Assembly (NCBI GenBank): GCA_002410925.1
Contig: DHPR01000004.1
Location: forward strand, 56,695 to 76,694
Source: a bacterium UBP13_UBA5359
GTDB taxonomy: Bacteria; UBP13; UBA5359
DNA: 20,000 nucleotides
Direction: 5' to 3'
Translations under genes and position numbers: made by a program
Notes under the pieces: generated by a model
Told to the model about the DNA's origin: nothing
The model's input: the letters and a program-made list of their open reading frames with translations, nothing else
The model's database searches: none
Shown here: positions 1 through 6,469 of the stretch, piece by piece
Layout: every line of letters begins with the position of its first letter
How positions within the stretch are numbered: the first letter of the stretch is position 1

Positions 1-2
1 TG

Positions 3-695
3 GGCGCCGGAGTATGCCGCCCCGGAACGGCATCTGAAACCAGTGGAACCTGCCTTGCAATTGTAACGCTGGCGGAGCAGATTTTAAGCAATCTTCCGGA
101 TGGGCTAACCAGCGGCAGATTTCCTATTGAGGGCTATTCATTTGTGCTGGCTTATGAAAGAACAGCTGGGCTGATGCTTGATTCTTTTCGTGAAGAGCTA
201 TGTCCCGGCAAAGACTTTGAAGAGTTAGACAAAGAGGCATCATCCGTGCCGCCTGGGAGCAGAGGGATAGTTCTGCCGTCCAACTTTGACGGCGCCAGCA
301 AATTCACCAGTAACCTATCCCTTAAAAATGCTCCGGCAGAGATATACAGAGCCATACTGGAATCCCTTGCATTCAGCATGAAAGAGAAGGTGGAGTTAAT
401 GAAAGCGCAGGGGCTTTCTTTTGATTCCATACGCTCCATAGGCGGCGGTGCAAAGAGCAACCTATGGCTGCAAATAAAGGCAGATATCCTTGGCATGCCC
501 ATAGAACGTCCGCAGGTTACCGAAGCCGCATCTCTTGGAGCGGCAATGATTGCAGCATCCGGCGCAGGTGCTTACGCCTCTATAGCAGAGGCATCAAAAT
601 CTATGTGGCGCGGAGAGGATATATTTAAGCCGAATAAATTCAATAAGGTTGTTTATGACGAAGCTTACAGGCGCTACCTGCAGCTAAGTCATTAA
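3..695 (+). CDS. FGGY-family carbohydrate kinase (xylulokinase/LsrK-like), 5'-truncated by the window edge
   Basis: The frame of ORF 144..695 stays open back to position 3 (GAGVCRPGTASETSGTCLAIV...). It contains FGGY C-terminal signatures: YRAILESLAF, SIGGGAKSNLWLQIKADILG and EAASLGAAMIAASGAG. Confidence 0.9.
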   Translation, partial: GAGVCRPGTASETSGTCLAIVTLAEQILSNLPDGLTSGRFPIEGYSFVLAYERTAGLMLDSFREELCPGKDFEELDKEASSVPPGSRGIVLPSNFDGASKFTSNLSLKNAPAEIYRAILESLAFSMKEKVELMKAQGLSFDSIRSIGGGAKSNLWLQIKADILGMPIERPQVTEAASLGAAMIAASGAGAYASIAEASKSMWRGEDIFKPNKFNKVVYDEAYRRYLQLSH

Positions 696-725
696 TTTAA
701 ACACAACAACAGAAAGGCATGAGAG

Positions 726-1541
726 ATGAACGGATTAGATATCAGAATGAGCAGGCTGTTTCCCAGCGGAGAGAACGCCGTTGTGGTTGCAGTAGATCAT
801 GGAGAGTTTGACGGGCCTATCCCCGGCATGGTAGACTTGCCTCAAACGGTAAAAAGTATAGACCCGGGCGTATCTGCCGTACTAATATCGCCAGGGATGA
901 TAAAGCATTGCACCTCTGTATTTTGCGGCAAAGGGGCGCCTGCTGCCATGGTACGCATAAACTGGAGCACCGTGTATGCCTTCCACTGGAGCTATAACAA
1001 TGCAAACACCGTGCAGGCCGTGAACGTGCCGGATGCCGTGGCGGCGGGCGCAGATACCGTGCTAATCTCGCTCACGCTCAAGACAGGGAGCGAAGAAAGG
1101 GATGCTGCAAACACAGAACTCTTCTGCAAACTGGCCGGTGAGGCGCACCGCCTGGGGATACCGGTTGTGGGCGAAATATTCCCGGCATATTCCGGCGAAC
1201 TTTCACCGGAAGAGATGCATGATCAGGTTTTGCGCGGCTGCCGCATAGTGGCAGAATTGGGCGCAGATCTTGTAAAGACCTTCTACACTCACAAGTTTAA
1301 GGAAGTTACGGACGGCTGCCCTATTTCCGTACTTGGGCTTGGTGCAGAAAAGACCCCCAGGCAGATACAGGCCCTGGAGCTGGCGGAGAGGATAGTTCAG
1401 GATGGCGGCAGAGGGGTGGTCTTTGGAAGAAACGTCATACAGGCGCCAAATCCCCAGGCCTTTCAGCGGGCACTTTGTGATGTAGTAAGACGCGGTGCCT
1501 CTGCTGCTTCTGCCGCCAAGCAATACGGATTGGAAGATTAA
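726..1541 (+). CDS. DhnA/LsrF-type class I aldolase-family protein (TIM barrel, Schiff-base Lys)
   Basis: Motifs VAVDHGEFDGP, AELGADLVKTFYT (catalytic Lys184) and GVVFGRNVIQ are present. It lies 30 nt downstream of the FGGY kinase. The substrate cannot be assigned. Confidence 0.88.
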   Translation: MNGLDIRMSRLFPSGENAVVVAVDHGEFDGPIPGMVDLPQTVKSIDPGVSAVLISPGMIKHCTSVFCGKGAPAAMVRINWSTVYAFHWSYNNANTVQAVNVPDAVAAGADTVLISLTLKTGSEERDAANTELFCKLAGEAHRLGIPVVGEIFPAYSGELSPEEMHDQVLRGCRIVAELGADLVKTFYTHKFKEVTDGCPISVLGLGAEKTPRQIQALELAERIVQDGGRGVVFGRNVIQAPNPQAFQRALCDVVRRGASAASAAKQYGLED

Positions 1542-1661
1542 ACGGTTTAGAGCAGGTTTTACCAAGCCTTCTCTAACGTATGATAACGCTCTCAATCTGA
1601 AGCGCATCTGCAATATACCGCAGAGATTCGGCAATAGTTGACCCTATTTCCACATTCCGCC

Positions 1662-1690
1662 TTGACACTTCCCGAAGCATGTGTTCCAAT
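1662..1690 (+). promoter_or_regulatory. Candidate sigma70/sigmaA promoter for the DUF5320 gene
   Basis: Perfect TTGACA (1662-1667), a 17-nt spacer, then TCCAAT (1685-1690) preceded by TG (extended -10). Confidence 0.55.
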
Positions 1691-1691
1691 G

Positions 1692-1710
1692 TAGATGTAA
1701 ATTACACCTA
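1692..1710. promoter_or_regulatory. Imperfect inverted repeat, candidate repressor operator
   Basis: TAGATGTAA-A-TTACACCTA (8 of 9 arm positions pair), directly downstream of the -10 and over the predicted transcription start. Confidence 0.55.
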
Positions 1711-1762
1711 TAAGTTATTAACATTGACTTGTTGTAAGGGTGTAAGCAAGGAGGGTAAAGCA

Positions 1763-2071
1763 ATGCCTGGTGGAGATGGAACGGGACCGCTGGGAATAGG
1801 GCCTATGACAGGCTGTAGAAGCGGTTACTGTGCCGGCTATGATGTTTCGGGGTATGCCGGTATGAGAAGGTTCCCTGGAAGAGGTCCGAGATGTGGCGCA
1901 GGTTTGGGCCGGTTAGGCATATTTGCAGCCGGCGGGTTGCTTGCCCGCAATTTCTTCAGCACAATGTCAAGGGTGGATGAAAAAGCGCTGCTGCTTGAAG
2001 AAAGCAAGGTTATGGAAGATAGGCTGAATGATATCAAGCAGCGTTTGAGTCGCCTCGAACAGGATGAATAG
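1763..2071 (+). CDS. DUF5320-like small Gly/Arg-rich protein with C-terminal coiled coil (102 aa)
   Basis: AAGGAGG RBS (1748-1754) before ATG 1763. The N-terminus MPGGDGTGPLGIGPMTGCRSGYCAG is characteristic of DUF5320, and the C-terminus is a heptad EKALLLEESKVMEDRLNDIKQRLSRLE. Confidence 0.85.
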   Translation: MPGGDGTGPLGIGPMTGCRSGYCAGYDVSGYAGMRRFPGRGPRCGAGLGRLGIFAAGGLLARNFFSTMSRVDEKALLLEESKVMEDRLNDIKQRLSRLEQDE

Positions 2072-2122
2072 TTGTGTTACGTTGTTGTTGACCCCATTTC
2101 TTTGAAGGGATAATTAAACTTA

Positions 2123-2233
2123 ATGAAAAATGATAAATGTGGCGACAAAGAGTGTGGCAGCAGCAGGATAGAGGATTATGGCGACGGTCTTCCCCTGAGC
2201 CTTGCTCAGTATCTCATCGGTGAAGATTTATGA
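2123..2233 (+). CDS. Possible small protein, 36 aa (MKNDKCGDKECGSSRIEDYGDGLPLSLAQYLIGEDL)
   Basis: Hand-translated ATG 2123 to TGA 2233. It fills the DUF5320-PadR gap, with a weak AAGGGA RBS-like site 12 nt upstream. It is too short for the supplied ORF track. Confidence 0.35.
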   Translation: MKNDKCGDKECGSSRIEDYGDGLPLSLAQYLIGEDL

Positions 2234-2254
2234 AAAGAACAGGAGTGATGCGAC

Positions 2255-2659
2255 TTGTCTAGAGAAAGACATTGCCGCCGGCATAGAGGCGGAGCCTGTT
2301 CCTGCGAAATGGGCAACCTTTACCGCTTTGTAGAACCGATTGTTCTTCTATCTGTAGCCAGGCTTGAGGAGGCTTACGGTTATCAAATATCTCAGGCGGC
2401 GGAGGAAATGGCTGTAACTCATGCCGAGCTGGATATGGGCGGTATATACAGAGCTTTGAGGCGTTTGGAGAATAACGGGCATCTTTTTTCAAATTGGGAT
2501 ACCGAAAGTGGCGGACCTGCCCGAAGGATATATCGATTGACAGAAAGAGGGCGGAAGCATTTGGCTGAATGGGCTGAAGTGTTGGAGGAAATGCTCGTTC
2601 CGTTGACCAGGCTCCAAAAAGCATGTAGCGAAGCGGCAGTTTCAGGGGATGCTTCCTGA
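2255..2659 (+). CDS. PadR-family winged-helix transcriptional regulator with Cys/His-rich N-terminal extension
   Basis: AGGAG RBS (2241-2245) and a TTG start. PadR motifs AYGYQI, GGIYRALRRLE and WDTESGGPARRIYRLTERG are present. The N-terminus is HCRRHRGGACSCEMG. Confidence 0.88.
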   Translation: MSRERHCRRHRGGACSCEMGNLYRFVEPIVLLSVARLEEAYGYQISQAAEEMAVTHAELDMGGIYRALRRLENNGHLFSNWDTESGGPARRIYRLTERGRKHLAEWAEVLEEMLVPLTRLQKACSEAAVSGDAS

Positions 2660-2681
2660 CAAGGCGAAAGCTCTTTTTAAG

Positions 2682-2728
2682 TTGCAAAATGCAAGCTGCA
2701 TTTCATTTAATGTGTAATGCATGTGCAT
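2682..2728. promoter_or_regulatory. Candidate promoter/operator region upstream of the NifX-ATPase operon
   Basis: TTGCAA (2682-2687), 18 nt, TTTAAT (2706-2711), overlapped by AAATGCA-AGC-TGCATTT (2687-2703). A second ATGCA-TG-TGCAT follows (2717-2728). Confidence 0.4.
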
Positions 2729-2784
2729 ATACCAGGGAAGAAGGCAATATTATCAAAGATATCAACGAATGGAGGGTAAAGAGA

Positions 2785-3147
2785 GTGAGAGTTGCAATCA
2801 CTTCTCAGGGGCAGAGCTTGGAAAGCAGACTCGACAGGCGTTTCGGGCGGGCGGCTTTCTTTGTGGTGGCGAATACAAAGACCGATGAGTTTACTGTCCA
2901 TGATAACACTCAAAATCTCAATGCAGCTCAGGGAGCCGGTATTCAGGCTGGAAGCAATGTTGCCGGTCTGAATGTAGAAGCGCTTATAACAGGCAATGTC
3001 GGTCCCAAGGCATATGCCGTCCTTAAGGCGGCCGGCATCAGAATTTATCTGGCGCCTGGCGGCACGGTGGCTGAAAGCCTGCAGAGGTTCAAGGATGGCC
3101 TTTTAGAGGAGCGTTTGTCGGCCAATGTCGATGGACATTGGATATAA
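2785..3147 (+). CDS. NifB/NifX-family (dinitrogenase FeMo-co biosynthesis domain, MTH1175-like) protein, 120 aa
   Basis: GGAGG RBS (2771-2775) before GTG 2785. Motifs MRVAITSQG, DRRFGRAAFF, AQGAGIQA, ALITGNVGPKAYAVLKAAGI and C-terminal ANVDGHW. Confidence 0.88.
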   Translation: MRVAITSQGQSLESRLDRRFGRAAFFVVANTKTDEFTVHDNTQNLNAAQGAGIQAGSNVAGLNVEALITGNVGPKAYAVLKAAGIRIYLAPGGTVAESLQRFKDGLLEERLSANVDGHWI

Positions 3148-3174
3148 GATAGAGGATAGCTGGAGGATGATCAG

Positions 3175-4032
3175 ATGAAGATTGCCGTAGCCAGTGGCAA
3201 AGGCGGTACAGGCAAGACGACTGTAGCTGTAAACCTATCTCTCTTTCTGGTTGATGCCGGTCTGAAGGTAACTTATGCAGATTGTGATGTTGAGGAGCCT
3301 GATGGGCATCTCTTTCTTAAGCCGAAGAGCGGCTTGAAGCGCAGAGTTGCCGTACTCGTGCCGCAGGTGAACCCAGAGGCTTGCAATCTATGTGGAAAGT
3401 GCGGTGCTTTTTGCCGCTACAGCGCCATCGTCGTTCTCAAAGAGAAGGTTGTGACCTTCCCGGAGCTCTGTCATAATTGTGGCGTTTGCGCCTATGTCTG
3501 TTCCGCTCAGGCCATAACCGAGGTGAATAGATATATTGGGAGCGTGGAGAGAGGGTCAGCCGGCAAGCTGAACTTTATCAGCGGCTGCCTGGATATCGGC
3601 CAGGCCATAAGTCCGCCCCTGATAAAGGATGTTTTAAAGGAGACACCGGATAGCGGTGTAACAATTGTGGATGCGCCTCCGGGAACCTCTTGCCCGGCCA
3701 TGACCGCCGTTAGCGATTGCGATTATTTGCTGCTGGTAACCGAACCTACCCCTTTCGGGCGGCATGATCTGGAGCTGATGCTGCAGGCCGTGTGCTCTCT
3801 GTCCATACCGAAAGGAGTAGTGCTGAACAGAGTAAGCAGCCCTGATACGGCAACAGAAAAGCTATGTAGCAGGTATGGCGTGTCTATTCTGTCTCGGATA
3901 CCGGAGGATAGGCTGATAGCTGAAGCTTATTCAAAGGGGCTTACGGTTTGGGAAGCGGTGCCTGGCTATAGGACTCTCTTTGCTGATCTTTGGTCCAGGA
4001 TAGAACCGATTGCCGGGGGGTATATGGCGTGA
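3175..4032 (+). CDS. MinD/ParA-superfamily P-loop ATPase with inserted 2x[4Fe-4S] ferredoxin domain (COG1149-like), copy 1
   Basis: Deviant Walker A SGKGGTGKTT, then DCDVEEPD, CNLCGKCGAFC and CHNCGVCAYVC, Walker B IVDAPPGTSCP, and VTEPTPFG. A GGAGG RBS lies upstream. Confidence 0.9.
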   Translation: MKIAVASGKGGTGKTTVAVNLSLFLVDAGLKVTYADCDVEEPDGHLFLKPKSGLKRRVAVLVPQVNPEACNLCGKCGAFCRYSAIVVLKEKVVTFPELCHNCGVCAYVCSAQAITEVNRYIGSVERGSAGKLNFISGCLDIGQAISPPLIKDVLKETPDSGVTIVDAPPGTSCPAMTAVSDCDYLLLVTEPTPFGRHDLELMLQAVCSLSIPKGVVLNRVSSPDTATEKLCSRYGVSILSRIPEDRLIAEAYSKGLTVWEAVPGYRTLFADLWSRIEPIAGGYMA

Positions 4033-4916
4033 AGGAAATAGTGGTTATAAGCGGCAAGGGAGGTACGGGCAAAACCAGCCTGACGGCTGCCTTTGCCGGC
4101 CTGGCAGGAAAATGTGTACTGGCGGATTGTGATGTGGATGCCGCTGATCTGCATCTGCTGCTGCAGCCTCAGGTAAGGGAGAGATATGAATTCAGCGGCG
4201 GCGGCCGGGCAGAGATCAAGGCGGAAAAGTGTTCGAAATGCGGTCTCTGCCGGCAAATCTGCCGTTTTGATGCGGTGCGATATTCGGCCGATAAAAAGAG
4301 CTTTCCGACGGTGGATCCTCTGGCCTGCGAAGGATGCGGTTTCTGTGCCATTGTCTGTCCGGCGGACGCAATAGAAATCAGACCCGCAGCTAACGGAGAG
4401 TGGTATGTTTCGGATACTCGGCTGGGTTCCATGGTTCATGCCTGTCTTCGTCCGGGTGAGGGTAACTCCGGCAAGCTGGTGGCGCTGGTGCGGAGCCGGG
4501 CCAGGAAAATTGCGGCTGAGGACGGTAGCGCATACATATTGATAGATGGTTCACCGGGGTTGGGTTGCCCGGTGATAGCCTCGGTAGCCGGCAGTGATAT
4601 GGCCGTTATTGTGACGGAGCCTACAATCTCCGGGGAACACGACCTGTTGCGCATTTCTGCTCTGACAAAGCACTTCAGGGTACCCACTGTAGTTTGTATC
4701 AACAGGAGCGATATCAATCCGGCGATTGCTGATCGTATAGCCGCCGTTTCTGAGGCGCAAGGGCTTGAGGTTGTCGGCCGCATACGTTACGATAAGATCG
4801 TAACAGAGGCTCAAATGGCAGCGAAAACCGTTAATGAATATACGGATGGACTTGTTGCCGAAGAAATAATGACGGCCTGGCGGCGTATAATAACTTTAAA
4901 TAAAGGAAGGGAATAA
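4029..4916 (+). CDS. MinD/ParA-superfamily P-loop ATPase with inserted 2x[4Fe-4S] ferredoxin domain (COG1149-like), copy 2, 295 aa
   Basis: The GTG start overlaps the upstream stop (GTGA 4029-4032). Motifs MKEIVVISGKGGTGKTS, DCDVDAADL, CSKCGLCRQIC, CEGCGFCAIVCP, LIDGSPGLGCP and VTEPTISG. Confidence 0.9.
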   Translation: MKEIVVISGKGGTGKTSLTAAFAGLAGKCVLADCDVDAADLHLLLQPQVRERYEFSGGGRAEIKAEKCSKCGLCRQICRFDAVRYSADKKSFPTVDPLACEGCGFCAIVCPADAIEIRPAANGEWYVSDTRLGSMVHACLRPGEGNSGKLVALVRSRARKIAAEDGSAYILIDGSPGLGCPVIASVAGSDMAVIVTEPTISGEHDLLRISALTKHFRVPTVVCINRSDINPAIADRIAAVSEAQGLEVVGRIRYDKIVTEAQMAAKTVNEYTDGLVAEEIMTAWRRIITLNKGRE

Positions 4917-4919
4917 GAG

Positions 4920-5258
4920 ATGAAAATTGCAATTCCGGTAGCTGATGGAAAGCTTTGCCCGCATTTCGGGCATTGCGAAGAGTTCTACATCTTTGATATT
5001 GATAAGAGAGGCTGTAAGGTTACTGCTTGTGACAGGCAGGTGCCGCCGCCACATGAACCGGGTCTGCTGCCGCGCTGGTTGCACGGTATGGAGGTTACGC
5101 ATGTTATTGTCGGCGGCATGGGTGCCCGGGCGCAGAGACTATTTCAGGCCGCAGGTGTTAAAGTTGTGGTGGGAGCTCCTGCTGTTGACGCTGAAACAGT
5201 GATCAAGGCATATTTGGAGAATACTCTGGTAACCGGAGATAACGCCTGCGATCATTAG
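4920..5258 (+). CDS. NifB/NifX-family protein, His/Cys-ligand subtype, 112 aa
   Basis: MKIAIP...CPHFGHCEEF, PPPHEPGLLPRWL, VIVGGMGARA and C-terminal NACDH. It starts 3 nt after the ATPase stop. Confidence 0.88.
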   Translation: MKIAIPVADGKLCPHFGHCEEFYIFDIDKRGCKVTACDRQVPPPHEPGLLPRWLHGMEVTHVIVGGMGARAQRLFQAAGVKVVVGAPAVDAETVIKAYLENTLVTGDNACDH

Positions 5259-5332
5259 GCAGCCCGCGATCTGGTGAAGTCTAAAAACTGTCAGGCTAAG
5301 AGAGCTCTGGCGGATTTTACGGGAGATTGAAT

Positions 5333-6454
5333 ATGGCAAATGGCAATCGATCCATCCTTCACAGTGGACAGGCTGCTGTTGCTGAGGGAAAGAAATCAAA
5401 GGCCACTGTCACGGGGGGTATAAAAGGGGGCCTTAGCCAGGCGGATTGGGATGTCAAGCTAAGGGGTCTCTTCATCTGTATGCTCTTCATGCTGGCAACA
5501 GTCGGCTTGCTGTTGGGTCTGCTGATTCCGATTCTACGCCTGAGCGGGGGGATAGAGGCTTTTCCTACTTTTCAGGTGGTCTTTATCAGCATCGTTCTGG
5601 AGGCCGTACCCTTTATTTTGCTCGGTTCGCTCATTTCCGGCCTGATTCATGTTCTGGTGCCGGAGGATACTTTGAAGCGCTTTATTCCAACAGGTAGATT
5701 TCCATCTGTGCTGGCCGGAGCTTTTCTCGGTTTCTTCTTTCCTGTTTGTGAATGCGGTGTTATTCCGGTGGCCAGAGGTCTGATGAGAAAGGGAGTTCCT
5801 CTTCATGCGGCTGTGGCCTTTATTTTGGCTGCCCCGGTGGCTAATCCTGTAGTTATTCTGTCCACAGCGGTAGCTTTTAATTATGATTTTAAAGTGGTGG
5901 CTGTCAGGGTAGGACTGGTATTATTGATCGCTATAACCATTGGCCTGTTGATGGCCTGGTTGCCTGTTGGAAAAAAATTCATGCGGCAGGAGGATGAAAC
6001 AGCCGAAGGATGCGGCTGCTGCTCCGGGACATCTTCCGGCACTTTGGTCGAAAAGGCCTCCGGGGTGGCGGAGCATGCTACACGGGAATTCTTCGATGTA
6101 GGTAAATTCCTTATTCTAGGTTCCTTCTTAGCGGCTTTCATACAGACATTTATCTCTCGACCGCACCTGCTGGCTGTAGCCAAAGGACCGGTTCTATCCG
6201 TCCTGAGCATGAATGCCCTGGCAGTTCTTACCTGTCTCTGTTCCGAAGTTGATGCCTTTGTGGCCAGGTCATTCTCTCTCTCTTTTTCCATGGGCTCAGT
6301 GCTCTCCTTTATGATACTTGGTCCTATGTTTGATATTAAGAGCGGTATGATGCTGCTGGGCACTTTTAAGAAGCGCCCGGCGTTTATACTAATAGCTTTG
6401 ATGCTTTCGCTAACGACGATTATCGGCATAGTGCTCAATTTTACATATAAATAA
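5333..6454 (+). CDS. DUF318/ArsP-family membrane permease (B. subtilis YcgR-like)
   Basis: Multiple hydrophobic helices and motifs EAVPFILLG, FPVCECGVIPV, FILAAPVANP, CLCSEVDAFVA and GPMFDIK, plus a loop GCGCCSG. ATG 5333 follows GGGAGA; TTG 5327 is an alternative start. Confidence 0.88.
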   Translation: MANGNRSILHSGQAAVAEGKKSKATVTGGIKGGLSQADWDVKLRGLFICMLFMLATVGLLLGLLIPILRLSGGIEAFPTFQVVFISIVLEAVPFILLGSLISGLIHVLVPEDTLKRFIPTGRFPSVLAGAFLGFFFPVCECGVIPVARGLMRKGVPLHAAVAFILAAPVANPVVILSTAVAFNYDFKVVAVRVGLVLLIAITIGLLMAWLPVGKKFMRQEDETAEGCGCCSGTSSGTLVEKASGVAEHATREFFDVGKFLILGSFLAAFIQTFISRPHLLAVAKGPVLSVLSMNALAVLTCLCSEVDAFVARSFSLSFSMGSVLSFMILGPMFDIKSGMMLLGTFKKRPAFILIALMLSLTTIIGIVLNFTYK

Positions 6455-6469
6455 GAGGTGATCCTTTTG

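Noticed and set aside
3-1541. AI-2 (LsrK/LsrF) quorum-signal catabolism
   Set aside because: An FGGY kinase plus DhnA-family pair is compatible with many sugars. No lsrG/lsrR/lsrABCD is visible and LsrF-specific identity cannot be shown by eye.
1545-1648. GTTTAGAGC resembling a Cas9 repeat start, and three small hairpins (1547-1576, 1607-1624, 1633-1648) suggesting a riboswitch or ncRNA
   Set aside because: It is a single copy with no spacers and no cas genes. The hairpins are short, lie upstream of the predicted promoter and match no riboswitch consensus I recognise. An Rfam/Infernal search would settle it.
1679-1762. ORF-track N-terminal extensions (also 2689-2784, 3990-4028, 7500-7514, 12098-12145, 15663-15680, 18028-18060)
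   Set aside because: They overlap promoters, operators or upstream genes. Downstream starts have clear RBSs or coupling and match the family N-termini.
2231-2248. Selenocysteine read-through of TGA codons in the Cys-rich cluster
   Set aside because: The TGA at 2231 is followed by another in-frame TGA after four codons, and no motif in the cluster is interrupted by an in-frame TGA.
2785-5258. Nitrogen fixation (nif) or cobalamin (cobyrinic acid a,c-diamide synthase) interpretation
   Set aside because: There is no nifH/D/K/E/N or radical-SAM NifB domain, and no glutamine amidotransferase domain. These labels reflect shared folds only.
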